Part shown: positions 18,638 to 27,008 of the stretch, in pieces | Position numbering within the stretch: position 1 is the stretch's first letter | How the letters are laid out: every line of letters starts with the position of its first letter | Source of the DNA: an uncultured Bacteroidales bacterium | Lineage (GTDB): Bacteria; Bacteroidota; Bacteroidia; Bacteroidales; VadinHA17 | Length of the DNA: 64,000 bases | Assembly (NCBI GenBank): GCA_963815075.1 | Contig: CAWFFK010000006.1 | Location: 261,258-325,257, forward strand | Reading direction: 5' to 3' | Program-made: the position numbers and the translations under genes | The notes under the pieces: model-generated | What the model was told of the DNA's origin: nothing | The model's input: the letters and a program-made list of their open reading frames with translations, nothing else | Database searches by the model: none

Positions 18638-19219
18638 ATGAAAGTACTTGGTATAAATTGCAGTCCCAGAAAAGGTGGAAACACAGAAATACTCATAAAA
18701 GAGGTCTTTAGTGTTCTCGATAAGGAAGGTATCAAAACTGAGTTTTTCCAGCTTGGGGGAAAGAACGTTAACGGATGTATTGCATGTATGAAATGCAGGA
18801 AGAAAGGCGACGGCAGATGCCATCAAAACAATGATGTTATAAATGATTGCATAAAAAAAATGGTTAAAGCTGATGCCATCATTATAGGGTCTCCTGTCTA
18901 TCATGCTGATCTTACAGCAGATACGAAAGCTTTAATAGAAGTGGCCAGCTATTCTTTAAGCGCATCCGGAAGTCCGCTTAAATATAAGATCGGAGCCGGT
19001 GTAGTTGCGGTAAGGAGGGCAGGTGCCATACATGCCTTTGACAGTATAAATCATTTTTTTCTTATTAATGAAATGATTATACCCGGGTCGTCATATTGGA
19101 ATATAGGCATAGGCAGAGAAAAAGGAGAAGTATTGAAAGATAAAGAAGGTATGAAAACCATGCGGGATCTGGGTGAGAATATGGCCTGGCTTATGAAGAA
19201 GATAAAAGATAAAAGATAA
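18638..19219 (+). CDS. iron-sulfur flavoprotein / NADPH-dependent FMN reductase family protein
   Basis: Flavodoxin-like N-terminus MKVLGINCSPRKGGNTE. Compact Cys motif CIACMKCRKKGDGRC (C-x2-C-x2-C-x7-C), as in Isf-type proteins. Confidence 0.7.
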   Translation: MKVLGINCSPRKGGNTEILIKEVFSVLDKEGIKTEFFQLGGKNVNGCIACMKCRKKGDGRCHQNNDVINDCIKKMVKADAIIIGSPVYHADLTADTKALIEVASYSLSASGSPLKYKIGAGVVAVRRAGAIHAFDSINHFFLINEMIIPGSSYWNIGIGREKGEVLKDKEGMKTMRDLGENMAWLMKKIKDKR

Positions 19220-19229
19220 AAACAAAAAT

Positions 19230-19381
19230 GAGGGTGTCTCAAAAGTCAAAATCCATAAACCACAAAGGGCACAAAGTTTTTCACAAAGGTCGCAAAGGAT
19301 TAAATATCATGTTTTTACCTTTGTGAACTTCGTGAATCCTTAGTGTTCTTTGTGTTTAAAAATGACTTTTGAGACACTCTC
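19230..19381. repeat. 152-nt imperfect palindromic intergenic element (copy A) built from CACAAAG-like heptads
   Basis: The outer 19-nt arms GAGGGTGTCTCAAAAGTCA (19230-19248) and TGACTTTTGAGACACTCTC (19363-19381) are complementary except for one G:T position. The inner left arm carries CACAAAG x3 plus CGCAAAG (19261-19297). The right arm carries CTTTGTG/CTTCGTG/CTTAGTG/CTTTGTG (19318-19355). Confidence 0.85.
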
Positions 19382-19439
19382 ATCTATATTATCCATTCTA
19401 TGACTCTATCCTGGCCAAATTTTAATTCTCAGGATATCA

Positions 19440-21221
19440 TTAAAAACTATCTCGTTCTACATAATGTGTATGAAGAAGTTCGTGGGATTTATGGCTGTTG
19501 GGCTCATCGAGAAACTCCTTATAAATTGCAATAACGTCAGGATTTTCGTGTGATTTGCGAAGGACCATATTTTCATCCTCGGCATAAATTGCTTTCATAC
19601 GGTTTTTCCTGATCTCCATATTTGTTGGAATAGGCTGTCCGCCACCACCAATACAACCTCCGGGACAAGCCATAATTTCAATAAAATGATAAGCTGCTTT
19701 CCCTTCTCTTACCATCTTCATGATTTTATTGGCATTAACGAGTCCGTGAGCAATGGCAACTTTAAGTTCAACACCCTCAAGGAATTTCCATGCATCCACG
19801 CAGCCCTCAATTTTAAGCGAGGCTTCCTTTACGCCATCCATTCCTCTGACAGGGGTTATATTCAGATTACCGAAAGGGATCTCACGTCCCGTAACAATCT
19901 CATAAGCTGTACGTAATGCAGCTTCCATTACTCCTCCCGTTGCACCGAAAATTACTGCAGCACCTGTCGAATTGCCCATAATTGAATCGTATTTTACAGG
20001 TTCAAGGTTTCTGAAGTCGATGCCTGCCTGTTTGATCATAACAGCAAGCTCACGTGTTGTCAGAACATAATCAACATCTTTGAAACCGCTGGCACGCATT
20101 TCCGGCCTGTCTGCTTCAAATTTCTTGGCTGTGCACGGCATGATTGAAACCGATACAATCTTTGATGGATCAATATTTCGTTTATCTGCATAATATGTTT
20201 TTGCAAGTGCCCCGAACATCTGCTGAGGAGATTTACATGTTGAAAGATTCGGAAGAAATTCAGAGTATTTATGTTCTATGAACTTTATCCAGCCGGGCGA
20301 ACATGAAGTAAACATCGGAAGCGAAATTTTATGATCGCCGTCCACAAGCGCTTTTTTCAATCTGACTAAAAGTTCTGTTCCCTCTTCCATAATAGTCAGG
20401 TCGGCACTGAAATCTGTGTCAAGAACTGAGTCGAACCCAAGCTGCCTCAGGGCATTAACCATTTTACCGGTCACTCTTTCTCCCGGATCATAACCCAGGT
20501 CCTCACCAAGAGCAACCCGCACTGCCGGGGCAGTCTGAACAATAACATGTTTATCAGTGTCATATATTGCATCCCACACCTGGTCGATATAGGTCTTTTC
20601 AACGAGCGCACCGGTTGGACAACGGTTCACACATTGCCCGCAATTTGTACATACCACATGGCTCATAGGCCTGTCGTGGAAAGATGAAATTTTCTGATGA
20701 GCACCTTTATTGGCAACAGCTATAGCAGAAACAGACTGCAGTTCGGAACATGTCCTGACACAACGCTGGCAACGGATACACTTACAGTCGTCTTTGATGA
20801 ATGCAGGAGAAGACCTGTCAATATTATATTGTTTGCCCTCAACAAGCGATAACAGGATATGATCACCAAAAGCAAATTCATTTGCCAGGGCCTGTAATTC
20901 GCAATTCTGATTCTTATAGCATTTTGTGCAATCTGATCTGTGTTCTGACAGCAGCAGCTCAACAACATGTTTGCGGGCATTTCGAACTTTGAGGGTGTTG
21001 GTGTGTATCTCCATTCCCTCGAACACAGGTGTTGCACAGGATGCAATGAGTGTTCTGGCTCCTTTTTGTTCGACCAGACAAACACGGCAATTGCCGGCAA
21101 CACACAAGTCATCGTGATTACACAATGTAGGGATATTTATTTTGAGTTGTTTGGAAGCCGCCAGAACCGTTGTTCCTTCCTTTACTGATATCTTCTGGTC
21201 GTTTATAGTTAAATGTATCAT
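19440..21221 (-). CDS. hydA: [FeFe] hydrogenase catalytic subunit (M3 architecture)
   Basis: N-terminal plant-type 2Fe-2S region, then a His-ligated cluster HRSDCTKCYKNQNC, then two CX2CX2CX3C(P) motifs. H-cluster motifs are L1 FTSCSPGW, L2 MPCTAKKFE and L3 EIMACPGGCIGGGGQP. Confidence 0.9.
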   Translation of the reverse strand: MIHLTINDQKISVKEGTTVLAASKQLKINIPTLCNHDDLCVAGNCRVCLVEQKGARTLIASCATPVFEGMEIHTNTLKVRNARKHVVELLLSEHRSDCTKCYKNQNCELQALANEFAFGDHILLSLVEGKQYNIDRSSPAFIKDDCKCIRCQRCVRTCSELQSVSAIAVANKGAHQKISSFHDRPMSHVVCTNCGQCVNRCPTGALVEKTYIDQVWDAIYDTDKHVIVQTAPAVRVALGEDLGYDPGERVTGKMVNALRQLGFDSVLDTDFSADLTIMEEGTELLVRLKKALVDGDHKISLPMFTSCSPGWIKFIEHKYSEFLPNLSTCKSPQQMFGALAKTYYADKRNIDPSKIVSVSIMPCTAKKFEADRPEMRASGFKDVDYVLTTRELAVMIKQAGIDFRNLEPVKYDSIMGNSTGAAVIFGATGGVMEAALRTAYEIVTGREIPFGNLNITPVRGMDGVKEASLKIEGCVDAWKFLEGVELKVAIAHGLVNANKIMKMVREGKAAYHFIEIMACPGGCIGGGGQPIPTNMEIRKNRMKAIYAEDENMVLRKSHENPDVIAIYKEFLDEPNSHKSHELLHTHYVERDSF

Positions 21222-21245
21222 ATTTCTGTAATTTAGAATTAGTAA

Positions 21246-22406
21246 TTAATAGATGATCTCTTCTCTGAAGTTACCAACTATCGATTTGAAGGCATTCCCA
21301 ACGGACTGCCCGAGGCCGCACTTTGCGGCGATTTTCATGGTATCTGCCAGTTTCATAAGTTCATTGAGGTATGTAGATTTCACCTCACCCTTTTTTACCG
21401 TTTCAACACCCTTTAATAATTGCTGACATCCAACACGGCACGGAGTACACTGACCGCAGGATTCTTCTGTAAAAAATTCAAGGTAATTATGGAGAACATT
21501 ATACATCGATCTCGAGCTGTTGAAAAGCTTCATCGATCCTCCTGTTGGTACGCCTTCAAAACCAATGATCGTTTCTATGAATTTCTTTCGCGGAACGCAA
21601 AAACCTGAAGCACCTCCAACCTGGACTGCCTTTGTATCACCGTCACCAAATTCATTCACGAATTGCTGGACTGTCATACCCAGCTCAAGTTCAAAGATAC
21701 CTGGTGTAGGTGTGTCACCCGAAACGGAAAACACTTTTGATCCTCTTGAATCGCTGGTACCATATTGAGTGAAATCTTTTGCACCATGCTTCATTATCAT
21801 CATAGCCGTTACCAGAGTCTCTACATTGTTTATTGAAGTTGGCTTACGAAACAAACCTGAAACAGTTGGATAAGGAGGTTTGTTTCTTGGCTCTCCCCTC
21901 TTGCCCTCAATAGACTCGAAAAGAGCGCTTTCCTCCCCGCAGATATAGGCTCCGCTGCCCATACGGTATTCTATTTGAAAATCATAACCTATTTCATGAA
22001 TCATTTTATGAAATGAGTCGAGTTCGTACATCAGTTTAGGCAGCAAATACCTGTACTCACCCCTCAAATAAACAATACCCTTTCTGGCACCAATGGCTTT
22101 GCCTGCAATCGCCATTCCACCATGAACCTTATTAGACACCCTGTCGAGTATTTCACGGTCCTTGAATGTACCTGGTTCGCCTTCATCTGCATTGCATATC
22201 ACATATTTCTCATCGCTTTTCTCTGCTGCAGTATATTTCCATTTTAAGCCGGTTGGGAAACCGGCCCCGCCTCTCCCTTTCAGTCCTGAATCAAGCATCT
22301 CCTGAATTATATGTTCTCTGGTCATACTGAAGGCTTTGGCCAGCACTTCACGATTATTAATTTTCTCAAATATTAGGTCAACCTTATTTAAACCTGTATT
22401 TTCCAT
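21246..22406 (-). CDS. hydB: NuoF-like NAD(P)H/FMN subunit of the hydrogenase (minimal HydB)
   Basis: GRGGAGFPTGLKW (FMN), NADEGEPGTFKDR, YICGEESAL, and N3-type cluster ESCGQCTPCR...KCGLG. At 386 aa there are no flanking ferredoxin-like domains. Confidence 0.88.
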   Translation of the reverse strand: MENTGLNKVDLIFEKINNREVLAKAFSMTREHIIQEMLDSGLKGRGGAGFPTGLKWKYTAAEKSDEKYVICNADEGEPGTFKDREILDRVSNKVHGGMAIAGKAIGARKGIVYLRGEYRYLLPKLMYELDSFHKMIHEIGYDFQIEYRMGSGAYICGEESALFESIEGKRGEPRNKPPYPTVSGLFRKPTSINNVETLVTAMMIMKHGAKDFTQYGTSDSRGSKVFSVSGDTPTPGIFELELGMTVQQFVNEFGDGDTKAVQVGGASGFCVPRKKFIETIIGFEGVPTGGSMKLFNSSRSMYNVLHNYLEFFTEESCGQCTPCRVGCQQLLKGVETVKKGEVKSTYLNELMKLADTMKIAAKCGLGQSVGNAFKSIVGNFREEIIY

Positions 22407-22421
22407 GATTTTATGGGATTT

Positions 22422-22886
22422 TTATTTTTGCATATAGTCTTTTATAATCTCAGTCACCCTTTCCGGTGTCAGCTCAGTATATGGAATTTCATTGATCAGA
22501 ATTGCCGGAGCTTTGTGACACCATCCTATACAATTAGTCTCAAGCAGACTGAACTGATTATCTGCAGTTGTTTCCCCTACTTTTATCTTAAGCATTTCTT
22601 CAAGAGTTTGAATAATATCGCCTTTCCCCTTCATTGAGCATGTTATTGTTTTACAAACCCTTATAACATACTGACCCTTCACCTGGGTATCGAGAAAGGT
22701 ATAAAAAGAAGCTGTTCCATAAACCTCAGCAGCAGAGATATCAAGTTCCCTGGCTACCTCAACCATAACCTCATCAGTGAGGTAATTATGTTTGTGAACA
22801 ATCCCCTGGAGAATTGGCATAAGGCTCTCCCTTTCCCTGCCATATTTGTCGGACAACTCCTTAATTAGATTTCCTACCTGGTACAT
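22422..22886 (-). CDS. hydC: NuoE-like thioredoxin-fold [2Fe-2S] subunit of the hydrogenase
   Basis: 154 aa. Cys pattern CKTITCSMKG ... CIGWCHKAP is typical of NuoE/HydC. Confidence 0.85.
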   Translation of the reverse strand: MYQVGNLIKELSDKYGRERESLMPILQGIVHKHNYLTDEVMVEVARELDISAAEVYGTASFYTFLDTQVKGQYVIRVCKTITCSMKGKGDIIQTLEEMLKIKVGETTADNQFSLLETNCIGWCHKAPAILINEIPYTELTPERVTEIIKDYMQK

Positions 22887-23378
22887 TTCTATTTGATTTT
22901 TAAGTAATTAAATATATTTCTAAATAAAAAATAACAATTTTAAAAGAGCTGTGAATTTAATAACAATACTTTTTAAAAAAAGCACTCATTTGTCAGTCTT
23001 TATAATTTAGAATGAAAATAAACTGCAAACAATGATTTATCATAAATATAGCTGAATATTGCCATTTTGTCAAATATAAGGTATATAATCCTCATTTACA
23101 AGTAATTCAGTAAGATTCTTCCAGTAAATCATAATCAGATGAGAATTTTACTAAACAACACTATGTGTAATTGTCAGGCCAAAATAAATGGTCAGCATAA
23201 TCTCTGTGAGGGTGGTATATCTGACTTCGGAATTGTTAAATTAAATATTTATTGCTACCTTGGAAAAAGTACCTGTTATTATTTTGCAATAATATAAACG
23301 GGGTAAAAGGACATTATACACCTGTCTTGCCAAAAGTGTGTAATCAATTTCCTGATAGTAATTAATATGATTTGAGGC

Positions 23379-24188
23379 ATGAAAGAGATACTCGAATACA
23401 AATTACTTGAAATCGGTACCTACTCATTATCAGTATATAATATCGCATCGATAATAGTATTGATACTGGCAGTTTGGGGCATGCTGAAAGCGTTCAAAAT
23501 TTTCATTACAAACAACAGGCGCCTGAGAAAGTCAAAACAGTATGCCATATACCAGATAATTAAATACCTGATCGTGGCTATTTCATTGCTCGTTGCCCTT
23601 GAAATACTCGGTGTCAAAGTAGGAGTTATGCTGGCTGGATCGGCTGCCTTACTTGTTGGTATAGGTCTGGGTTTGCAGAATCTTTTTAATGATTTTGTTT
23701 CAGGAATTATAATCCTTCTGGACTCTACTGTAAAGGTAAATGATATCATTGAGGTAAATGGACTGTTTTGTAAGGTCCAAAGGATAAATATCCGTACAAC
23801 CACGGTTCTGACCCGCGATGACAAATATATAATTTTGCCTAATTCGACTTTGACCGGCAACCAGTTGATCAACTGGACTCACCTTCATAACACATCAAGA
23901 TTTGAAATAAGGATAGGTGTCGACTATTCAGCGGATATCAGCCTGGCCATGAAACTTATTACAGGTGTTGCAGGCGAACATCCGCTCGTTGTAAAAGATC
24001 CTGAACCATATGTCAGGCTTTTTGATTTTGGCAATTCATCTATAGACCTGGTTTTGCTCTTCTGGTCTGATGAGATCTTCAGAGTTGAAAACATAAAAAG
24101 TGAGATCAGGATTAAAATCCTTGAGAAGCTTAAGGAGAATAACATCACTATTCCTTTCCCTCAGAGGGTAGTTCATATTAAGGAATAA
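23379..24188 (+). CDS. mechanosensitive ion channel (MscS family)
   Basis: Three N-terminal TM helices, the pore-helix region GSAALLVGIGLGLQNLFNDFVSGIIILLD, and a beta-domain. 269 aa. Confidence 0.85.
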   Translation: MKEILEYKLLEIGTYSLSVYNIASIIVLILAVWGMLKAFKIFITNNRRLRKSKQYAIYQIIKYLIVAISLLVALEILGVKVGVMLAGSAALLVGIGLGLQNLFNDFVSGIIILLDSTVKVNDIIEVNGLFCKVQRINIRTTTVLTRDDKYIILPNSTLTGNQLINWTHLHNTSRFEIRIGVDYSADISLAMKLITGVAGEHPLVVKDPEPYVRLFDFGNSSIDLVLLFWSDEIFRVENIKSEIRIKILEKLKENNITIPFPQRVVHIKE

Positions 24189-24224
24189 TATTTTATAAAA
24201 CAAAAACAAAATCAATATCAATAT

Positions 24225-25988
24225 ATGCTTAGAATAAGGAAAATATCTAATCCCTTTCTCGAATCAAACCTGGCCGCCATGGAAAGCGTAAAAAACATCA
24301 TGGCTAAGCAGTTTCCATTAGTGTGGAAGAGTAAAATAGGAATGCTTGATGAACAATTAGTTAATCCGTTAAAATTTAAATATCAAACTAACCTTTTTGT
24401 GGCGGAGAACATCCATGAAACAATACTTGGTTTTGCAACCATGAAATTCATGCCGGATCAGGGGTTTTGTTTCCTTGATTTTATTGCTGCATTGCCTGGA
24501 AAAACATCATCGGGTGTCGGGAGTTTTCTTTATCAGAGAATCAGGGAGGAAGCAGAATCACTTGATTCAATAGGCCTTTTTTTTGAGTGTCTGCCTGATG
24601 ATCCCGTTCTTTGCAGGGATCAAACATATATTGAGCAGAACAGGAAGAGACTTGCATTTTATGAACGTTTTGGAGCCCGTCCTATCGCTGGCACAAAATA
24701 CGAAACTGCCGTTAAACCTGAAGATGATTGTCCTCCTTATCTTTTGTATGACGGACTTGGCATTCATACCTCACTGCCAAAACATAAGACACGCAAAATC
24801 GTAAGGGTAATTCTGGAGCGTATTTACGGAGATTATTGTCCTGAAAAGTACATAAAGCTGGTTGTAAGCAGCATAGAATCTGACCCGGTAACTCTTCGTC
24901 CTTTCAAATACCGAAAAACGATCAAACCTGCTGAATTCCAGACAAAATTGTCAGAAAAGAACAAGATATTCTGGATTATTAACGACAAAAGTTCAATTCA
25001 CAATATACATCAGAGAGGGTATGTGGAATCACCTGTAAGAATTCCACATATTAAAGTAGAGCTGGAAAAAACAGACTATTTCAGATTGGGAAAGGCTGAA
25101 GAATTTCCGGAAAAACATATTCTTAATGTTCATGACAAAGGCTATGTTCATTATTTCAAGAAAGTCTGTAATAGTCTTGTTACGGGGAAATCTATTTATC
25201 CTTATGTTTTCCCGATCAGAAATTCGGCGCGTCCGCCCAAGGAACTTTCTGTGAGAGCAGGTTATTATTGCTTTGACACATTTACTCCTTTAAATAAAAA
25301 TGCACTCCTTGCTGCCCGAGCCGGTGTTAATTGTACTTTAACAGCTGTCAATGAGATTTTATCAGGAACAAATGCAGCGTATGTTCTTACCCGTCCACCA
25401 GGTCATCATGCAGAAAGATTCGTATTCGGTGGTTTCTGTTATTTTAACAACAATGCTATTGCGGCAAATTATCTTAGCAGGTACGGAAAAGTAGCGATCA
25501 TGGATATTGATTATCATCACGGAAACGGACAGCAGCAAATTTTCTATTCCAGAAGTGATGTATTAACAGTCTCCATACACGGCCATCCATCGTTTGCTTA
25601 TCCATATTTTTCAGGTTTTACTGAAGAAAAAGGTGAAGATGAAGGAACAGGCTTTAATTACAACTATCCAATGGAAGAGAATCTCACACCGGAAGAATAC
25701 AGTGAAACCCTGCTCAAGGCAGTTAAACATATCAGGACCTACAAACCTGAGTATCTAATCGTGGCTTTAGGCCTGGATACAGCAAAAGGCGATCCAACAG
25801 GTACATGGAAGTTAACAGCGGCTGATTTTGAAAGAAACGGCAGGATTATCGGTGAACTTTGCCTGCCAACATTAATTGTACAGGAAGGCGGATATAAAAT
25901 CCAGACGCTGGGCAAAAATGCAAAAGCCTTTTTTGATGGGTTCGTACAGACGCATAATGTCCCGGTAAATAAAAAAATTCCAATCTGA
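24225..25988 (+). CDS. fusion protein: N-terminal GNAT-like domain plus C-terminal histone-deacetylase/acetylpolyamine-amidohydrolase family domain
   Basis: C-terminal HDAC motifs RPPGHHAERFVFGGFCYFNN, DIDYHHGNGQQ, GLDTAKGDPTG and EGGY. The N-terminal roughly 200 aa carry a GNAT-like core (GFCFLDFIAALPGKTSSGVGSFLYQRIREEA ... RLAFYERFGARP). Confidence 0.8.
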   Translation: MLRIRKISNPFLESNLAAMESVKNIMAKQFPLVWKSKIGMLDEQLVNPLKFKYQTNLFVAENIHETILGFATMKFMPDQGFCFLDFIAALPGKTSSGVGSFLYQRIREEAESLDSIGLFFECLPDDPVLCRDQTYIEQNRKRLAFYERFGARPIAGTKYETAVKPEDDCPPYLLYDGLGIHTSLPKHKTRKIVRVILERIYGDYCPEKYIKLVVSSIESDPVTLRPFKYRKTIKPAEFQTKLSEKNKIFWIINDKSSIHNIHQRGYVESPVRIPHIKVELEKTDYFRLGKAEEFPEKHILNVHDKGYVHYFKKVCNSLVTGKSIYPYVFPIRNSARPPKELSVRAGYYCFDTFTPLNKNALLAARAGVNCTLTAVNEILSGTNAAYVLTRPPGHHAERFVFGGFCYFNNNAIAANYLSRYGKVAIMDIDYHHGNGQQQIFYSRSDVLTVSIHGHPSFAYPYFSGFTEEKGEDEGTGFNYNYPMEENLTPEEYSETLLKAVKHIRTYKPEYLIVALGLDTAKGDPTGTWKLTAADFERNGRIIGELCLPTLIVQEGGYKIQTLGKNAKAFFDGFVQTHNVPVNKKIPI

Positions 25989-26039
25989 CCTCTTTTACAG
26001 GACCCCCGATTAGCTTTACAATCAGATTATACAGCAAAT

Positions 26040-26921
26040 ATGGAGTATCAGTCAGTACTTGAAACCCTTCAGCCGGAACACGAGTTCTTTATTGGTATTG
26101 ATTCAGATGGCTGTGTATTTGATACCATGGAGATAAAGCAAAAGAAATTTTTTATTCCCAATGCTTTAAAATATTTCGATCTGTATACAATTTCAGACAT
26201 ACTTCGCGAAACATGGGAATTTGTAAACCTTTATTCAATTTACAGGGGCGGTAACCGTTTTTCATCATTAATAAAAGTTTTTGACTTCCTGAAGGAAAGA
26301 AAAGAAATAAGGGATATCGGGATTAAACTGCCTGATCTTGATTCCCTGAGATACTGGACAACCTCTGAAACAAAGCTGAGTAACCTGAACCTTCGTAAAT
26401 ATTTTGATTCGTTCAATAATCCGGAGCTGGAGAGAGTTCTCCTCTGGAGCGAAGCAATCAATAAAGAGATTGCCGAAGGGCTTGGAGATATTCCTCCCTT
26501 TGAGCATTCAATAAGAGCAATCAGAGAGATCTCGTCTGCTGCTGATCTTGTTATTGTTTCCCAGACTCCTCTCGAAGCTCTTGAGAGAGAATGGGAGGAA
26601 CATGATATCAGAAAATACGTTAAGGTTATTGCAGGGCAGGAACATGGGACAAAAACCGAACATCTTTTTCATGCAGCAAAAGGGAAATATCCTGATAAAA
26701 ATATCCTAATGATAGGTGACGCAAAAGGAGATCTTGATGCCGCCAGGAATAATGATATTCTGTTCTACCCGGTTATTCCTGGTAAAGAAGATGATTCATG
26801 GCGAAGGTTTATAACAGAAGGTATGGACAAATTTACAAAAGGTACTTATTCGGGCGCGTATGAAGAGTCACTTCTTGCTGATTTTAGAAAATCATTGCCT
26901 GACCGTCCATTTTGGAAATAA
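26040..26921 (+). CDS. HAD-superfamily hydrolase
   Basis: Motif I GIDSDGCVFDT, motif II VSQTP, motif IV MIGDAKGDLDAA. 293 aa with a large cap insertion. Confidence 0.6.
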   Translation: MEYQSVLETLQPEHEFFIGIDSDGCVFDTMEIKQKKFFIPNALKYFDLYTISDILRETWEFVNLYSIYRGGNRFSSLIKVFDFLKERKEIRDIGIKLPDLDSLRYWTTSETKLSNLNLRKYFDSFNNPELERVLLWSEAINKEIAEGLGDIPPFEHSIRAIREISSAADLVIVSQTPLEALEREWEEHDIRKYVKVIAGQEHGTKTEHLFHAAKGKYPDKNILMIGDAKGDLDAARNNDILFYPVIPGKEDDSWRRFITEGMDKFTKGTYSGAYEESLLADFRKSLPDRPFWK

Positions 26922-27008
26922 TAATATTTGATTTGGATAATAACTTTATTATCTTAGTAAGAAAGTTGCAAATCATATAACTATAAAAAAACAGACAGGA
27001 GGTAACCA

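Noticed and set aside
19440-21221. Interpreting the TSCSPGW hydrogenase as a sensory HydS-type protein.
   Set aside because: There is no PAS or other signalling domain. The M3 ferredoxin-like N-terminus is intact, and the gene is in an operon with NuoE/NuoF-like subunits. The substitution is reported as an observation only.
22887-23378. The 492-bp AT-rich divergent region between hydC and mscS, inspected for ncRNA, small ORFs or repeats.
   Set aside because: There is no stable hairpin, repeat or conserved motif apart from one TATATTTG match on the minus strand (23071-23078), about 185 nt from hydC. That is insufficient to call a feature.
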